A stretch of DNA of 58,879 nucleotides, filler included, from Sphacelaria rigidula (GCA_964200075.2; 7 parts of 7 records of this genome joined end to end with filler, not necessarily neighbours in it), one strand, 5' to 3'. Counted from the first letter of the whole stretch, positions 12,125 to 25,777 are shown. The notes: generated from the letters alone by a model not told the origin. Program-made: numbers and translations.

Positions 12125-14127
12125 GGCTACTTGAAAGCTTTGCAGGTGGAGGAAGACTGGAATGGAGCTGCTGTTTTTGCAATGCTCGTCGAAGTGGAGT
12201 AATGAGGAGTTGTGTTGTGCGGGGGTGGGTGGAAAGGCGGGGGTGCGGGGTTGGCGCGTGGCTGTTGCGAGGATTCCAGATTCACGCGGCTTTTCCTATA
12301 TTTTTTTCCCTGTGAACATAAAAGGCCTGCATGCATACATAAACGTACGGTAAGAAGACCCGCTCTATCTGTCCACTATAGTCAAGATATTCGAATCTCA
12401 GGGGTTCATGTATGGAAAAAAAATCGAAGAATAATTTCAAATCCATCCGGTTGCACTCGACGATCCATTGGGTTGCAGTTGGTCAGCGGTATGTTTGTAG
12501 ATGATGTAGAGCAGTCAATGCAGCCCGGTATTGGAAACGGGCATCTACAGGAAACCGGGGATCGAGACGGGCAGCAGTACAGTAATTAATTATCACGATA
12601 AACCAATCACGGGGAGGGGGGGGGGGGGGCAAGAACTTCAATGGGTGGCTAATGGGCGCATTTGGTTTGGGAATCAGAATAAAAGGGAATATTGAACACN
12701 NNNNNNNNNGAGGAAATGAAGAACCGCAGGCACGGGCGACGCGTGAGTGAGACGGGAAGTTGTATTTTACTTTATGTTAACGGGGAAGGGGGGGGGGGGG
12801 GGGGGGGGGCAAGAACTTCAATGGGTGGCTAATGGGCACATTTGGTTTGGCATTCAGAATAATATGGAATATTGCACACTTGAGTCAACGATCCGAATAA
12901 TACTTCTGTTCTATGCGGGATAGAACATCGATACTGTATACAAATCAATTTCAAATCCAGTTTTTCACCGGTTCAACCGGGCCAATCTAACCGTATCTTT
13001 CTTCTACGCCGCTCATGTTGGCTGACTGTTGTGTGCATCCTTCTCGTTGGATCCGTCGACAGTGCAGCCAGTAGAGCACGGAGGTAGTAGTGATGAGATA
13101 TTTCACACCTGTCCGTGAGCGTGTCAAATGTGAAGTAGACCGACGAATTGAGTGCGGTAGAAGTAGCAGCGACGTCTCATGTGAGATCGTCCTTGCTCGA
13201 CCAAGGGCGGTGGGGTAGGCATGTATGAGGCTGACAGGACCTCCAACAGGTAGATACACCTGCCGTGAAAGGTTGTGACATACACAAAATCTGCATGTCA
13301 CAAGCTTTGCCCCCCGTCCAGCCGGTGAGGTGCGGACTGGTGTTTTACTGTGGGACGCATATCTGCAATGCAATCTCGGTTGGCACAGTCACCTCCCAGT
13401 CTTGTAGTTTGCTATTCGGTACTGGCTAAGCTGTTATTCTGTCAACACTCCTACATTTTCCATGTTGGACGTGTCTCCCGGTTGTAGGAGGAGAAGCACT
13501 CCACGGAAGTGCCTCTCTGACTATCCGGGGTGGTTGGTAATCATCTGTTGATGACTCGAAAGCGGTGTCGTTTTTTTGTCGCCAAAAAAGGAAAACGAGA
13601 AGACAGTCAGTATTGGGAGTTCCTTTGATTTATCCTTCGCGAAGTACTTGAAGACGCCACCAGGTGACTCATCCTGGCGATCATAGGGTCAACCTTTAAT
13701 AGCCAGGGGTAATAAACTATGGCCGAATCGCCATCATTTTCCCGTGAAAAGAGCCGAAGACCCAGATCGACGACCCACCCTGCATGGCTGTCGAGGGGTG
13801 AAACGTACGTATAATATTGAGTCACCCCGATTGGCGCAATTTGCCAGTGCCCCCATGTCGTTACCTCGAGCTTGCCGGGGGAAGTGAAGGAGACGGGCAT
13901 GACCAGCTCGTTGAGGCGTACATGTACTATTTATAATGATACACCATTACCCTCACAGGCATGGTACTTCCTTCATACCTCCCTGAAAAACTTGAGTGTT
14001 TCGACATGTATCCACCGCACCGGTCCATTGTACTTCTTGCACTTCAGTTGCATGATGTATTTATTACATACTCAACAGCGTAGAGAGCTACTGTATAACA
14101 GACACAACCAAAACGGGTTTTCCGTGG

Positions 14128-14380
14128 GAGTCATGCTACTTTAAAGGGGGGGGGGGGGGTATTCCACGAAAAAATGGGCTCATATGTGCGTCAAACGACC
14201 GAAAACGCTTGTGATGCCCTTGCATTTGGGTAAAAGCGCTGTCAAGCAGTATGAATGAGCGCTATTTATTGAGAGCAAGTGCGTTCGAACAACCGTTGGC
14301 TGCTTTCAACGACGAATGAAGTGGACTTTGGTAAAAGAAAACGACCCAATTCCCCCCCCCCCCCCACCGTAGCATGACTC
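14128..14380. mobile_element. Sola-like MITE family 1
   Basis: TIR GAGTCATGCTAC..., perfect 4-bp TSD GTGG; copies at 19285-19541 and 54765-55067. Confidence 0.85.
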
Positions 14381-14933
14381 GTGGGTCAGACCACCGGCGG
14401 CAAAAGCAGGGCACCAGAAGACAAGAAGAGCACCACACACATGGTGGGGAGTACCGTGCAGTTTTATATCAACTATAATGAGTGCGCTCTGTGATCCTAC
14501 CAACTCACTGGTTGTGCGGGAAAAACAAACGGGATCGCCCGCAACCAGCGTGCGCGGCCCTCCAGAGGCAAACAGAAGCCTCCGGAGGCGTTTAATCCCT
14601 CTCGAGGAAGCGAAAAAATCTCCTCTGGAGGGCAGCGCACCCCTGTGGAGGCGTTTAATTCCTCTGGAAGCTAAAAAATTCACCCACCTGGAGGAATTTT
14701 GGGGGTAGCCAAATGGCCGCGTGTGTTACTTTTTGTCAAGCTTGTTGTCCCTCATCAGTGTACTCCTGCGTACCCTATCACCTCCCTTCTCCTTCCTTTT
14801 CAGCATCCTGTTTTTTTTATTGTTTGAACGCCCCAACCAAGAGAGTTGCTTAATATCACGGCCTTGGTCACTTCGAAGACAAAATCGGCGATAATATTTT
14901 TGTCTTTCGTTCGCCCCGTCCTTGTTTTGAGGC

Positions 14934-15216
14934 GAGCGATGCCGCGATAGTCCCCCACAGAAAAATGGCTGGTTCGAGGAGGCAAAATGTACACGTTAAC
15001 CAAAATGACAGAAGCCGAGCGCACCAAGCAGCCGGGAACTCTCACGACAAGGAACCGCTGGGAACTCTCATGTTTGGGATTTTTTTAGCCAATATGTCGC
15101 ATATATGCGAGGCTTCATGAAGTCTGAAACCAGCCATCATGCACTACATAACCGTTCGCTTCGTGGCATTTTTTTTGGGCTTGCTTGGAGGAGGGGGGTC
15201 TGTCGCGGCATCACTG
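14934..15216. mobile_element. Sola-like MITE family 2 (reverse orientation)
   Basis: TIR GAGCGATGCCGCGATAGTCCCC; flanks AGGC / ATGC. Confidence 0.7.
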
Positions 15217-15719
15217 ATGCATAATATATATGGTGTCGTGGGCCCCTCCAGCTGCGTTCTTTGCATGGTACTGCCTTCCACTTGGCTGGGTGCATCTCGT
15301 GCAGAGTATGTTGTGTTGTTGGTTGCAAGAAACGAAGATGATCGTTGCCAACATTGTGCCAAAACCTTCTGCGAATTTCTTCAGAAATAATAAGCACGTT
15401 GTTCAGATGGCATTCCTTCTCCTGGTGCTACCGACGGGATTGCTTGGTCTGCCTCACTGGACTCCAAACGTGCATCTAACATGGGGTTTTGCGCATCGCG
15501 GACGGATTGTGTTTCGAGGATTAATCTTAGGAACCTCGCAGGAACCGAAAGGATATTGAAAAACAAACAAACAAAAAAACTCTCCGGTCGTCATGTGTGG
15601 CCTTGCTCATCCTACAAAACAAATCCACCATCCGTCGTGGTAGTTTGTTCAAACCCGTCCGTGTTTGTTCCGAACAGTCGACCAACTTTCATTGCCATAA
15701 AAAACGTTCGTTCCCATTA

Positions 15720-15981
15720 GTGATGCTACGGTAGGGGTGCACAAATACTTTCTGAGGTTAGAATTGTTGAGGGAGCCCTTGATCTCTTGAAAAACATAAC
15801 TTATGAGAATATGTAAAAGTACGCCAGGATTACTTCTTCAGTGTGCTGGGGATGTTCCGAGTGAATTTGCAAACGGGGATGGCCTGATCCATAATCTTGT
15901 GCATCTAATAAAATCGTTAGGAGCCCCTGAACTAGAAGACAAGATTTCGCGAGAAAAGTGCACCCTACCGTAGCATTGCTC
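15720..15981. mobile_element. Sola-like MITE family 3; related element at 44946-45226 and TIR remnant near 4257-4281
   Basis: TIR (GA)G(T/C)(G/A)ATGCTACGGTAGGG(G)TGCAC, ATTA flanks. Confidence 0.7.
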
Positions 15982-17506
15982 ATTAATCGGAATCCCGCCC
16001 TGTTGTTGTTGTTGTTGTTGTTGTTGTTGTCGTTGTTGTTGTTGACTCTTCATATATTTTTACAAATAGTTGCTGACGACTTTGTTTTTGAGGATGAGCG
16101 AGGCTACATGTACATGTCACAGCCAGAGAGTACAATATTGGATTTTTTCCCCCAAACGAAGATAGTTCGACGCATGCGGAGGTTTCCAAGGCTGCTCCTC
16201 AAGAACAAATATATCCGCGCAATTCGTGAAATCTCCTGTTGTCTCCTGCCTGCCGGTGATCTGACAGACTGGGACGCCTCCTTCCTCACGACTTTCATAC
16301 GGGGGGTCAGTTGGTTGAACAACTGATTGATTGATGTCGAGCATTAACTGCGCAAAAAGTATACTTCGTATCCACCTATATAGGTGGATCCTTATTTCCA
16401 CCGTGACCTTTTATCATGACCGATCCCGCGTTGTTTTTTTTCATTCGAGAGCCCACATTTTTTTCATCAGCTGCCCGTTAGGCTACTTCTTATGTATCGA
16501 AAAAAAAAACTTGTTGAAAAGTGTATTTTTGGCCCTTCTCCGTCGTTTTTCCCGCGCACAGAGAACGATCAATAGGCGGCTGTTGACACCTTGGGATGAC
16601 TTGCTCTACTCGCTAAGACGGTTCCAGAGCGCCTTTGCGCTAATCGTAAGTCACAGTTTCGTTTCTGGTCAGACTTGCATTTTGTAGCCAAAATACACCA
16701 AGGCGTAGTTGATGTAGCATGTAGGATCCTGGATGATGACCAGGGGACAAGGNNNNNNNNNNNNNNNNNNNNNNNNNNNNNNNNNNNNNNNNNNNNTTAA
16801 TTAATTAANNNNNNNNNNNNNNNNNNNNNNNNNNNNNNNNNNNNNNNNNNNNAGGGATGCGAGGTCAATGGTCAGATGACTATGGGATGCATGATCATGA
16901 GTACACCCCCCTATATATTGTAGTATGACTCTTCCCTCGATTCCACTGGTATCAGTTGGACCAGTACACCGCCGGGCGCGGCGTGTATACCCCAGTAAAT
17001 CTCGGGTACCACGGAGAACCCAACCCTGATCACCTACCATTGTAATCCTTGCCAGCGGACCCCGTGAGGGTTAGGTTGTTGATCGATTTCATAGATGCGA
17101 TTGACTGTCGCGAACCAACGGATCCAGCACGACTGCGGCCAGGGCCGTAAAGGCAGACGTATCAGTGTTAGATTACTGCTACACCATGCGATACTCGTTT
17201 GTCGAGTACTCTCGAGCACGCACATGGATCACCTCAGTATAGTACTTATTCACATAAGTCCTCTTTCTCATTAATGGCGTTTTTTTCTCTTTTTTCCACG
17301 TGTCTATTCTCCCGAACCGTTTCCAAGAGAGTCAGCCATGGAAGGTTCGCGTTTTTTGCTACCCAGCTTCTTTTTTCGAGGATGCCCATGATAGAAGTGT
17401 GCCCCGATTCGAAGATGGTGTGTGCGTACGTTAGAGCTTGGGTTTCGCGCGGAAGTGCTCGGACTGTACCTCGCGTACATAGGCTTTTACGAGCAAGAGA
17501 ACCCCG

Positions 17507-17717
17507 CAGGAGCAGGTCGAGTAGAGTATATATACTCAATTGCGGGGTATTTTGAAAGTCGTACGTAAAGTACACAAATTGGGGGTTGGGTTTCAGGGAT
17601 TGCTTTCCAGTGTTTTTTTGGGGTACGACTCCAAACAGTCTACCCATATTTTGAGTACTTCAAGTACGTCTTTCAAAATACCCCGCAATTGAGTATACTT
17701 TACTCGATCCGCCCTTG
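17507..17717. mobile_element. MITE with ~50-bp TIRs, hAT-type
   Basis: TIR includes TACTCAATTGCGGGGTATTTTGAAAG; flanks GAACCCCG / GAACCCAC; second copy 45850-46066. Confidence 0.8.
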
Positions 17718-18574
17718 GAACCCACACCATTATCCCTACCGGAACACCCCACTCCTTCGATCTCCGTTATTTCAGGCCAAAACAAAATCTCCGACATTGG
17801 TCGAAGATCACCCCCACCGCACCTGCGGGGGTGACCTACTTGCTGCACCTGGATACTTGTGAGGTGATCTGGTCGTTTCGTCCCTGTCTTTTAGAAGGCT
17901 TGAGGTGAAAAGGCGCTGTAGGTCAACCCCGCAACTCAGCCGACGCTCAGTTTGTGTTTTCGTTATCACATGACTTCGGTCGTTTCTGACCGACGATCGG
18001 CCCTGAGTCGGAGAATAAAGTCTTGACCGTTTGAGCGCGCACGGATGGGCGCCTGAGTCTTACAGTCATGTTCCAATCTCGAAGTAAACGTGATGCCCAT
18101 TCAACAGATGGGCCCAGCCCGGGTGATCAAGCGAAACCGACTTTAGTGAACGTTAGTCCACAGATCCGGTTGTATCCAGCAGATTCATTGCCTGATTCAA
18201 TTGTATCCCCCCCGTCCCCCGTTCCCCCTAATGCACCATGTTTTGACTCGCACAGAAATCGGGGGTAAGTCACCAATTGTGAGCGATATTGCCTCCCTTT
18301 GGTATAAATGGAGCTCGTATGCAGCAGGAGGTGACGTAGGTGAGGTCCGCTACTGAGGAATACGACAGTGCATTGAGCCTTGATTTTCGAAAAATAAATA
18401 AATAAATTGACCACACAGAAGGGGAACTAACTTGATGGTCGCACGCATATTTCCTACGTAGTGCTCAAGGATACGAACAAAGTTTAGTTTTTCCATTAGT
18501 TCGACAATAAGCGTTGGCACAATAATATGTCTCTGCTTGGCGGGCTGCGTCTATTGTACTACCTGTCAAGAGCA

Positions 18575-18879
18575 CCCCCCTCCCCCTCCCCCCCCCCTCG
18601 TGAATGATTTCTCACCGACAACTGTGAGTCAACGATTTCCAAAAAAAGTTTTTTTTCTCCGTCATGTTTTTTCTTAGTTTTCTCTGTCTGTTCTACCTTT
18701 TTGTTTCCTAGTGGTCAATGGTCGCACGACTAAGGCAAGCAACAAATGAGTACCCCCCTCCCCCCTCGTGAATGATTTCTCACCGTCAACTGTGAGCCAA
18801 CGATTTCCAAAAAGCATTTTTTTTTTCTCTTATATGTATGTCCTCAGTCTACTCTGTCTGTTCCACCATTCCGTTTCCT
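18575..18879 (+). repeat. ~130-bp direct duplication (18575-18709 / 18753-18879) around a 5'-truncated subfamily B element (18711-18752)
   Basis: Both copies begin at a C run followed by TCGTGAATGATTTCTCACCG. Confidence 0.85.
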
Positions 18880-19284
18880 TCACTTCGGCGAATATTTACA
18901 TTTTTTTCTACCTCGGGTAGGTAGGTCTATCGTGTGACCACTGCTGGATCTCTAGGGGATCAATTACGGTACGACGAACAACCAACCAAACAATCAATCG
19001 ATCGATCAGTGGCCACCGCGTGTCGGGTTTAAACGTTTTACTGATGGGGAAAGCAAACTGTGCGGGAATAAGCCTGCAAGCATTGAAATGAGTCCCGTGT
19101 CTTCAAGTCAGATTTTATCATGATTCCAAAAAATCAATGGTTTATTGTCAGGTCCCTCCACAGCGGACTGCGTCTACATCGTGCTCCACACGGCACATCG
19201 ACTCCGTTCAAGCCAAAATGGGGCCGTGTAGTAATTAATCGTCAAGATCGGCACTTCGTTTTTACACACTTTTCGACCCCGCCC

Positions 19285-19541
19285 GAGTCATGCTACGATA
19301 CTGTAGAGGGGGAGTTGTTCAATTCCGCGAAAAAAGGGGCTCAAAGGTGCTTCAGACGACCTAACACACTCGCGGTGCGCTTGTAGATGGGTAAAAGCGG
19401 TGTCAAGCAGTTTGAGAGAGCGTTATTTATCCGAAGCAAGCGCGTTCGAACAACCGTTGCTGCCATCAACTACGATCACAGGTAGAATTTCGCCGAAGAA
19501 AATGCCCCAAAATACCCCCCCTCCCTATCGTAGCATGACTT
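19285..19541. mobile_element. Sola-like MITE family 1
   Basis: TIR GAGTCATGCTACGATA, 4-bp TSD GCCC. Confidence 0.85.
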
Positions 19542-19669
19542 GCCCCTTCCGCTGGACAATTCCGTGGTCTCAAGCGATCGTCCACCCATCTCTCCTCGGG
19601 TAGACGCCGTTTACTTGAGTATCGCGGATATAACCACCATTTCCTCAGCGCGTCGACTCTCTTCTAAAT

Positions 19670-19918
19670 ACACTTCCCACGATAGCCCCTCCCAAAAACC
19701 AGCCCAAAACTGTCTCGAAGAAAATGGTGGTACACCGCCTGATATTTGGTTTTGGGCTGCAGGAAGCGCCTCATTGTGGACGACATTGGCGGAAATGAAC
19801 CCAAGTATGGAAAGTCTCAGCTGCTCGTTGTGCTCGGCGTTTTTTTTGTCGATTTACGGGTGAATTTCGCATCCCCAAACCAGCCACCTTCTAGGAAGGG
19901 GCCATCGAAGAAAGTGTC
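19670..19918. mobile_element. Sola-like MITE family 2
   Basis: ACACTTCCCACGATAGCCCC ... GGGGCCATCGAAGAAAGTGTC, TSD AAAT. Confidence 0.8.
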
Positions 19919-20161
19919 AAATGGGGCCTTTTTGTTACTTCACGTCTTTCCGTTTTCGACGGCTCAAATCCGATGCTTCGCGGGACAACCCACATGCATC
20001 TGGTGAGGATCGTGCGCCGCATTCTCCCGGCACGCTGAAAAAAAAAACGAAAAAGAATCGGACGCGGCCGAGGACCTGCACGACAATGTCTCACCTGTCT
20101 CGTGGCGCGGAGGATGCATAGACTCACGTATGGGCACATCGAAAACCCGTATGCAACATGC

Positions 20162-20167
<6 letters not shown>

Positions 20168-20233
<66 letters not shown>
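20168..20233. repeat. (GA)n microsatellite
   Basis: Direct inspection. Confidence 0.95.
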
Positions 20234-20236
<3 letters not shown>

Positions 20237-20649
20237 GGTTGTCTATTCACTACTCTTGTACTAATCAAAGCGGAAACAAAACACCGCAAGTGTTTTGAAA
20301 CGATAATTATAAAAAAAATAACAGCAAGAGGGACAAAAGTTACCTTGTGCTCATGTCGTAAATGGCATTCTGCTGGTAGTTTTTCCACGCGTACTGGATC
20401 TCCATGGCTGCAAAACCGTACACGGCGTAGCGGAGATAACGGTATTTATACCTGGTGAACGGGGGGAAAGATGGCAAGGGGATCACGCCAGGGGTCAGGT
20501 ACCTTTCATGAAATGATTACGAGATTCTGATGTATTTGAGAAGGCATTTCGTTGTGAAGGAGGACGATTTTTTATTCTATCGATCTTGCGTGGTTGTTGG
20601 AAACCCTGGAGGATGATCGATAGCTCCTCCTCGCTCCCCCTCCCGACGC

Positions 20650-22700
20650 GTGCAATTCGAAAAAGAAAATAACGCGTGGGCAGAGGAAGATGTAGAGACG
20701 TCAAAACAGGAGGATAGAGGCTCCAAAGAATTGCAGAGAGACTTCACCAGAGATGAAGTAAACGAGTGTGTAGCTACACTCAAGAGCAGAAAGGCAGCAC
20801 GGGCAGGCGAAGTAGTGAATGGATTTCTGAAGTGCGGGGGAGAGGGAATGATTACCATGATGGCTATCTTGTATAACTGAATCTGGGAAAACGAGTACAT
20901 ACCCAAGAGGTGGAGAGGAGGAGTCGTCGTCAATCTTTTCAAAAAAGGAGAAAAGGCTGACCCAGGACACTATAGAGGGATAACGCTACTAGGCACGATA
21001 GGGAAACCATTCTGTAAGATTCTGAACGATAGAGAAGGAACGATGCTAGAAAGGAAGACAAAATCAGCGAGAGGCAAGCAGGATTTGGACCCAACCGTAG
21101 TCGCGTAGACCATGTGTACGCACTAGGCGAGATTATTCAGGGTAGGAAAGACACCGGGTTGACAACGTACTGTTTCTTTCTGGACGTGCGGAAGGCTTAT
21201 GACACAGTATGGAGGAATGGGCTGTGGAAACAGTTGTGGGATCAGAGGAAAGACGTGGAGAATGGTGAAGAAGATGACAGAATGTGCCAACAGTGCCATG
21301 ATGCTGGACGGGGAAATATCGAAATATTTTTTGTTTTTGCGAGGAGTTGCACAAAGATGTACGTCATCACCTACGTTACTCATGGTATTTATTAATGACA
21401 TGATAATAGCAACATAAGCAGTAAAGGAAGGAGTCAAGGTGGCCGAAGATACGGTGTCAGTATCGATGTTCGCGGATGATTTCGTGGGGATACTAGAAAC
21501 ACCAGAAGTATTGCAGACACAGATAGACAGGGCGCTAGAAGACACAGGGAAATGGAGAGTGACAGCGTACGTAAAAACACGCGCGGTTCTTGTATGTAAC
21601 GAAGATAAGAACAATCCGGTAGCGTTCAGATGGAAGTGAGAAGAAGAGAATCTACCGATCGTAGACCAGTTTGCATACCTTGGCGTAGAGATGAAAATTA
21701 ATTATTTTTGGGACAGACACAAAAATAAAGTAATAAAAAGAAGTAAGGTACAGATAGGAAGGATGGGCGTTGTCCTCAGAGACTCGCACCTTGATACTAG
21801 GAGTAAGAGATGCATCCTGATGGACGTGACTGTACCAAAGCTGGAATATGCAGGAGAAGTATGGGAGGGGAACGTTGAGGTTGGTGGAGAAGTTGGAAAC
21901 AGTACAGATGGTAGCAGCTAAGAAGATACTTGGATGCTCGGAAACGACAAGTAATACAGCATTGAGAGCAGAGTTGGGAATGTACCCACTTAGAACAAAA
22001 CAGACGCATGATAAAATTGACATGGTAATATAGCATAAATAACACGCAGAGAAAGATATCGCCAGTCATAACTGATAGGGCTGTATGGAAAAAAATGGCG
22101 AAATGGCAAGCTGGAACACGGTGGGATAGAGAAGTCGAAAAAGCATGGAAGGAGATGGGAGGGAACCAAGACGGAATACTGTCAATAGGTGAAGGTAGGG
22201 GGTACAAGGCAAAAGTAAGAGGCATGCTAGAAATAAGGGGAAAAGAAACGCGTAGACGCAAAGTAGACGAGGAAGAACACCTGAACATATGCGGCGGGTT
22301 GAGAGAGGGGATAGGGATGAAAACATATCTGCATTGCCCGATGGAAGCAGCGAAAAAAATGAACCTGTGATTCCGGGTGGGGGACTTGGACTTGCCAGAA
22401 AGAAGAAAGAGATATACCTGCAGTCGAGAGGAGGAGAAAGTAAATGCACAGGATTGCCCCTCTGGCAAAGTAATAGAGAGCAGAACTCATATAGTGGCAG
22501 ATTGTGAACTATAAAAGGAGAAATGAGACGTGCTCGAGGGGGAAATGCGGGACATGGACGAAGGCGGCACTAAATCATTCGATGCAATAGACAGTAGGGA
22601 GAAACCGATGACCATAGTAGAAGATAAATGGTGGCCACAAACGGCGAAACAGGACGGGGATAAGATATGTAAAAAGGTTTTGGTGTAACGTATGGAAGAA
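20650..22700 (+). pseudogene. Reverse transcriptase (LINE ORF2) pseudogene
   Basis: ORF fragments 20650-20880, 21114-21417, 21439-21639, 21691-22033 and 22095-22370 join into one RT with several stops and frameshifts. Confidence 0.9.
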
Positions 22701-23226
22701 ACGTAATGAGCACCGACATCTTGGAGGTATCTCTATCAGGAGTAAGAACGGTGCTCTGTCTCGGACCCCCGCGCTCTTTTCACCACCCATACCGACGCCC
22801 CAGGTAGCTCTCCCAGCAAAGGCGGTTGCAGAACGATCCACGGATCAGAATTACAGAAACTTATACAGGTTCCCCCGGGGGAAATGTTCATCGACCAAAG
22901 CTGTCCCCTGTCTTCTCTTCAGTTGCGCCTGCGTTCTCCTCTCACTTACTTCTTATCTTATTTCCTTTGCTCTTTACTTTCCTCTGTTTTCCTTGTTTGT
23001 GTCAGGTCGGCCATTTCTTTCTGTGCTTTCCTTCCGTTGCACTTTTTTTTTTTTTACATCTTAGTCTACTACGTCGTTTTGTTCGACTTTTTTTTTTCTG
23101 TTCCTTCTTTTCTTCAGCGAGTGTTTCAGTTTTTTCCCTTGGGGACGTCTATTATGAGACCACGGCTGGACCTTTGGGGGGTCAGTTGAAGTGCGACAAC
23201 CAACCAATCAATCGATCAATCAATCT
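20650..23226 (+). mobile_element. 5'-truncated, decayed non-LTR retrotransposon (LINE; RTEX/L2-like layout) with pyrimidine-rich 3'UTR and (CAAT)n tail
   Basis: RT motifs across stops/frameshifts: KKGEKADPGHYRGITLL, RQAGF, FFLDVRKAYDTVWR, GVAQ..SSPTL, MFADD, YLGVE; C-terminal ESRTHIVADC; ends CAATCAATC. Confidence 0.93.
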
Positions 23227-24758
23227 ATGTACTGTTCGAGGTTTGATTCGTGAATCTTTTCAAGATTTCTTAGTAAAGAAATACGGGTATGTACCGGTCG
23301 GTGTATTCAAGCTTGGGAATGTGCGTTGTAACGACTTCATGAGCGAACCGTTGAAGGTGAGCAAAGTCGAGTGATCAGGCAACTAACACGGATAAAAATT
23401 ACGCATAACGCGTCCGCGATGGATCAAAATGAGACATTCGCACGACAATGCTCACAGGCAGTATTCTGGTGAGAGCTCGAGTGCGAATAGCTGAGCTTCA
23501 TTTCAGCTAGACATTCGGCAGTCTCGACGAGCACGACCGGAAAAAACCGGGCGCAGCACTCTCGCTATACATCCGAAGTAGATACTGCAGTGTTACTGGA
23601 TAGTATTTTGCCACATACGCTCACCTGCTGTATTAACACCATAGCCTGAGCAATGATTGCTACTATGTACTACGCAGAAGACCAGGACTTAACAATCAAG
23701 CTAACTTGCCCAAATAGTACTGGAGGTGACCCAGATTCTCGGTGAAAACCGAATGAGCGATTCTTGCGGGTGGCCTTGCAATTCTGTGTACATGTCATTT
23801 TCCAAAAATACTACTTGCTTGTGGTTTTCACACTGGAAAGGGCCCGTGGTAATTGTGGCGAACTTCAAGAGGGCGGCGGGTCGGCGGGGAGAGGGGGTGT
23901 TGAAGTCCCGCCATTTTTTCGTGGAGAGCGAGGGAAGCAGCAAAAACAAGGGGTGGCGCACATGATACAAGGCAGAGACAAGTAGCCCAAACAAGAGATT
24001 CCCAACGGAGTATAAACTTCGTTATGCTGGCAGTATTGGGTGAACATCGTTCAGTAAACTCTTGATGAAGGGAGGGGTGGGCATCTGCGGGGAAGATGGG
24101 GGGGAAGGGGAAGGCGGGAGGTAGTGATAGCGGGAAAATTGGATGCTATAAACGACCCCAGAGCAGGACGTGTAATACCCGGTTCAAGGTCAGGTTCGCT
24201 TCTGCCACCGAGCGATCAAGAACTTGCTGGAAATGGTTGAGGTGTCATATGGCCGACTCATTTCAGTTTCAGCGAGATGGCTGTGCCCGACAAAACACCT
24301 GAAATCATTTTCATGTTGAATCATGCACAAAAAAAGACATGAAAACGTCTTTCATGCATCTTCCACTACCAATGACACATACGTTGCGCGTGACAATGAC
24401 CTGTTCGATCCCATGATTAACTGTACCGGTGCTCGAAGGCGTTGTACTTTCATGCGTCCCCCCAACCCCCTCCCGAAGTATATGTATAAACATATATATC
24501 GCTCTACCAAACGCCAACGCGGGTTTTCTGTGCAGTTCACACGCAAGTCGACCGTGACGTCAACGTAAAACAAACTTGGTGATAGATCGTCCTCGATGAA
24601 CTCTGAAAATAAACTACCGCCTTTTAAGGGTGACGACATCCTTACATAATCGGGGTGTTTTTACGCAATGTGCCCGACTTAAACACAATGAACGAGTTTC
24701 CCAACCAGCACAGCACAGCACAGCACGAAACACATTGAAAAAAAAAAACAAGACCCAC

Positions 24759-25002
24759 CGAGCACAGATCATGCGCCACCAGGCCTGTATCCTCGCGCAG
24801 CACCATTCAGAGTATCCTCCCCCAGCCCCACCTTCACCCGCTCCCCGTCCCCCTCCCGAAAACCGTCGGAGGTACCTGTCCAGCTGGCGGCCAGTCCTGC
24901 TGTGTCCACGCCCGCCGCTGCCGCGCCTCTTCTCTGTCCCCTCTATTCGTCGCTGATGAGCACCATGGTCGTCCACGTCTCCGGCACGGATGCGCTCGGT
25001 TG
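24759..25002 (-). CDS. Internal exon of an IQ-motif (calmodulin-binding) protein (...GYSEWCCARIQAWWRMICAR)
   Basis: caaag| acceptor and |gtgggt donor around a GC-rich open frame with an IQxxWR motif. Confidence 0.55.
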
Positions 25003-25076
25003 CTTTGTTGTTCGTGTTGAGGATCTTTCGATCGCGGGTTGCGAAGCCGCGGAAGTGGCGTTGTATCTAATTCGGC

Positions 25077-25178
25077 GGGGGGGGGGAAGGGGGAGGAGGG
25101 GGGGGCGTTCTCATGTGTTGCTTGCCTTAGTCGTGTGACCATTGACCACGAATCCCTTTCGAGACGGAGCAGGGGGGG
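25077..25178 (-). mobile_element. Poly(C)-tailed mini-element, subfamily B
   Basis: Core between G runs at contig end. Confidence 0.8.
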
Positions 25179-25571
25179 NNNNNNNNNNNNNNNNNNNNNN
25201 NNNNNNNNNNNNNNNNNNNNNNTTAATTAATTAANNNNNNNNNNNNNNNNNNNNNNNNNNNNNNNNNNNNNNNNNNNNTTAAAATTATAATTTTTATTTT
25301 CGTTTTGGGTTAATTTTTTTTTTTTTAAATTGAATAATACCTTTCTGACCCCCCCCCCCCCCCCCCCCTAGTTTTTTTTTCCGAAATTTGTCATGATTTT
25401 ATTTTTGTCGACTTCGCTGCAAGAAATTGATCAACAAAGATTGTTTTGATTATTTTCTGTTAATTTTGTTGCAAGAAATTGATTTATAAACACTGACAAA
25501 ATCGAAAAGTCTGGTGGGCTTTGCGTGGTTCTTATATCTGATTCTACTCATTTTGCCCGTTCTGTCCCAAT

Positions 25572-25777
25572 TGTAATGCGTGAGAGGAATGCGTCCTTAG
25601 GGTACCGCGTCATAGTTCGAAACACCTCACGATCGACGCTTTTCGAAACCAATCAGCCAGTCCCTGCAGGGACCACGCCCCCGACCCTAACCCCGCAACA
25701 CTAACCCCAACCATAACCATAGGGGTGTCCAAATTCCGATGCGGTCCTCTAAGCACCCGGTCCTCTCACGCATTACA
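25572..25777. mobile_element. TG...CA TIR element with CCCTAACC-like interior
   Basis: Perfect 17-bp TIR TGTAATGCGTGAGAGGA extending imperfectly to ~40 bp; 5-bp flanks CCAAT / CCGAT. Confidence 0.75.

Noticed and set aside
12609-12880. ~90-bp direct repeat on both sides of the 10-N gap
   Set aside because: Most likely an unmerged overlap at a poly-G scaffold gap.
24160-24260. Gypsy RT-like phrase HLNHFQQVLDRSVAEANLTLN (minus strand)
   Set aside because: No YxDD upstream and no other RT motifs nearby.
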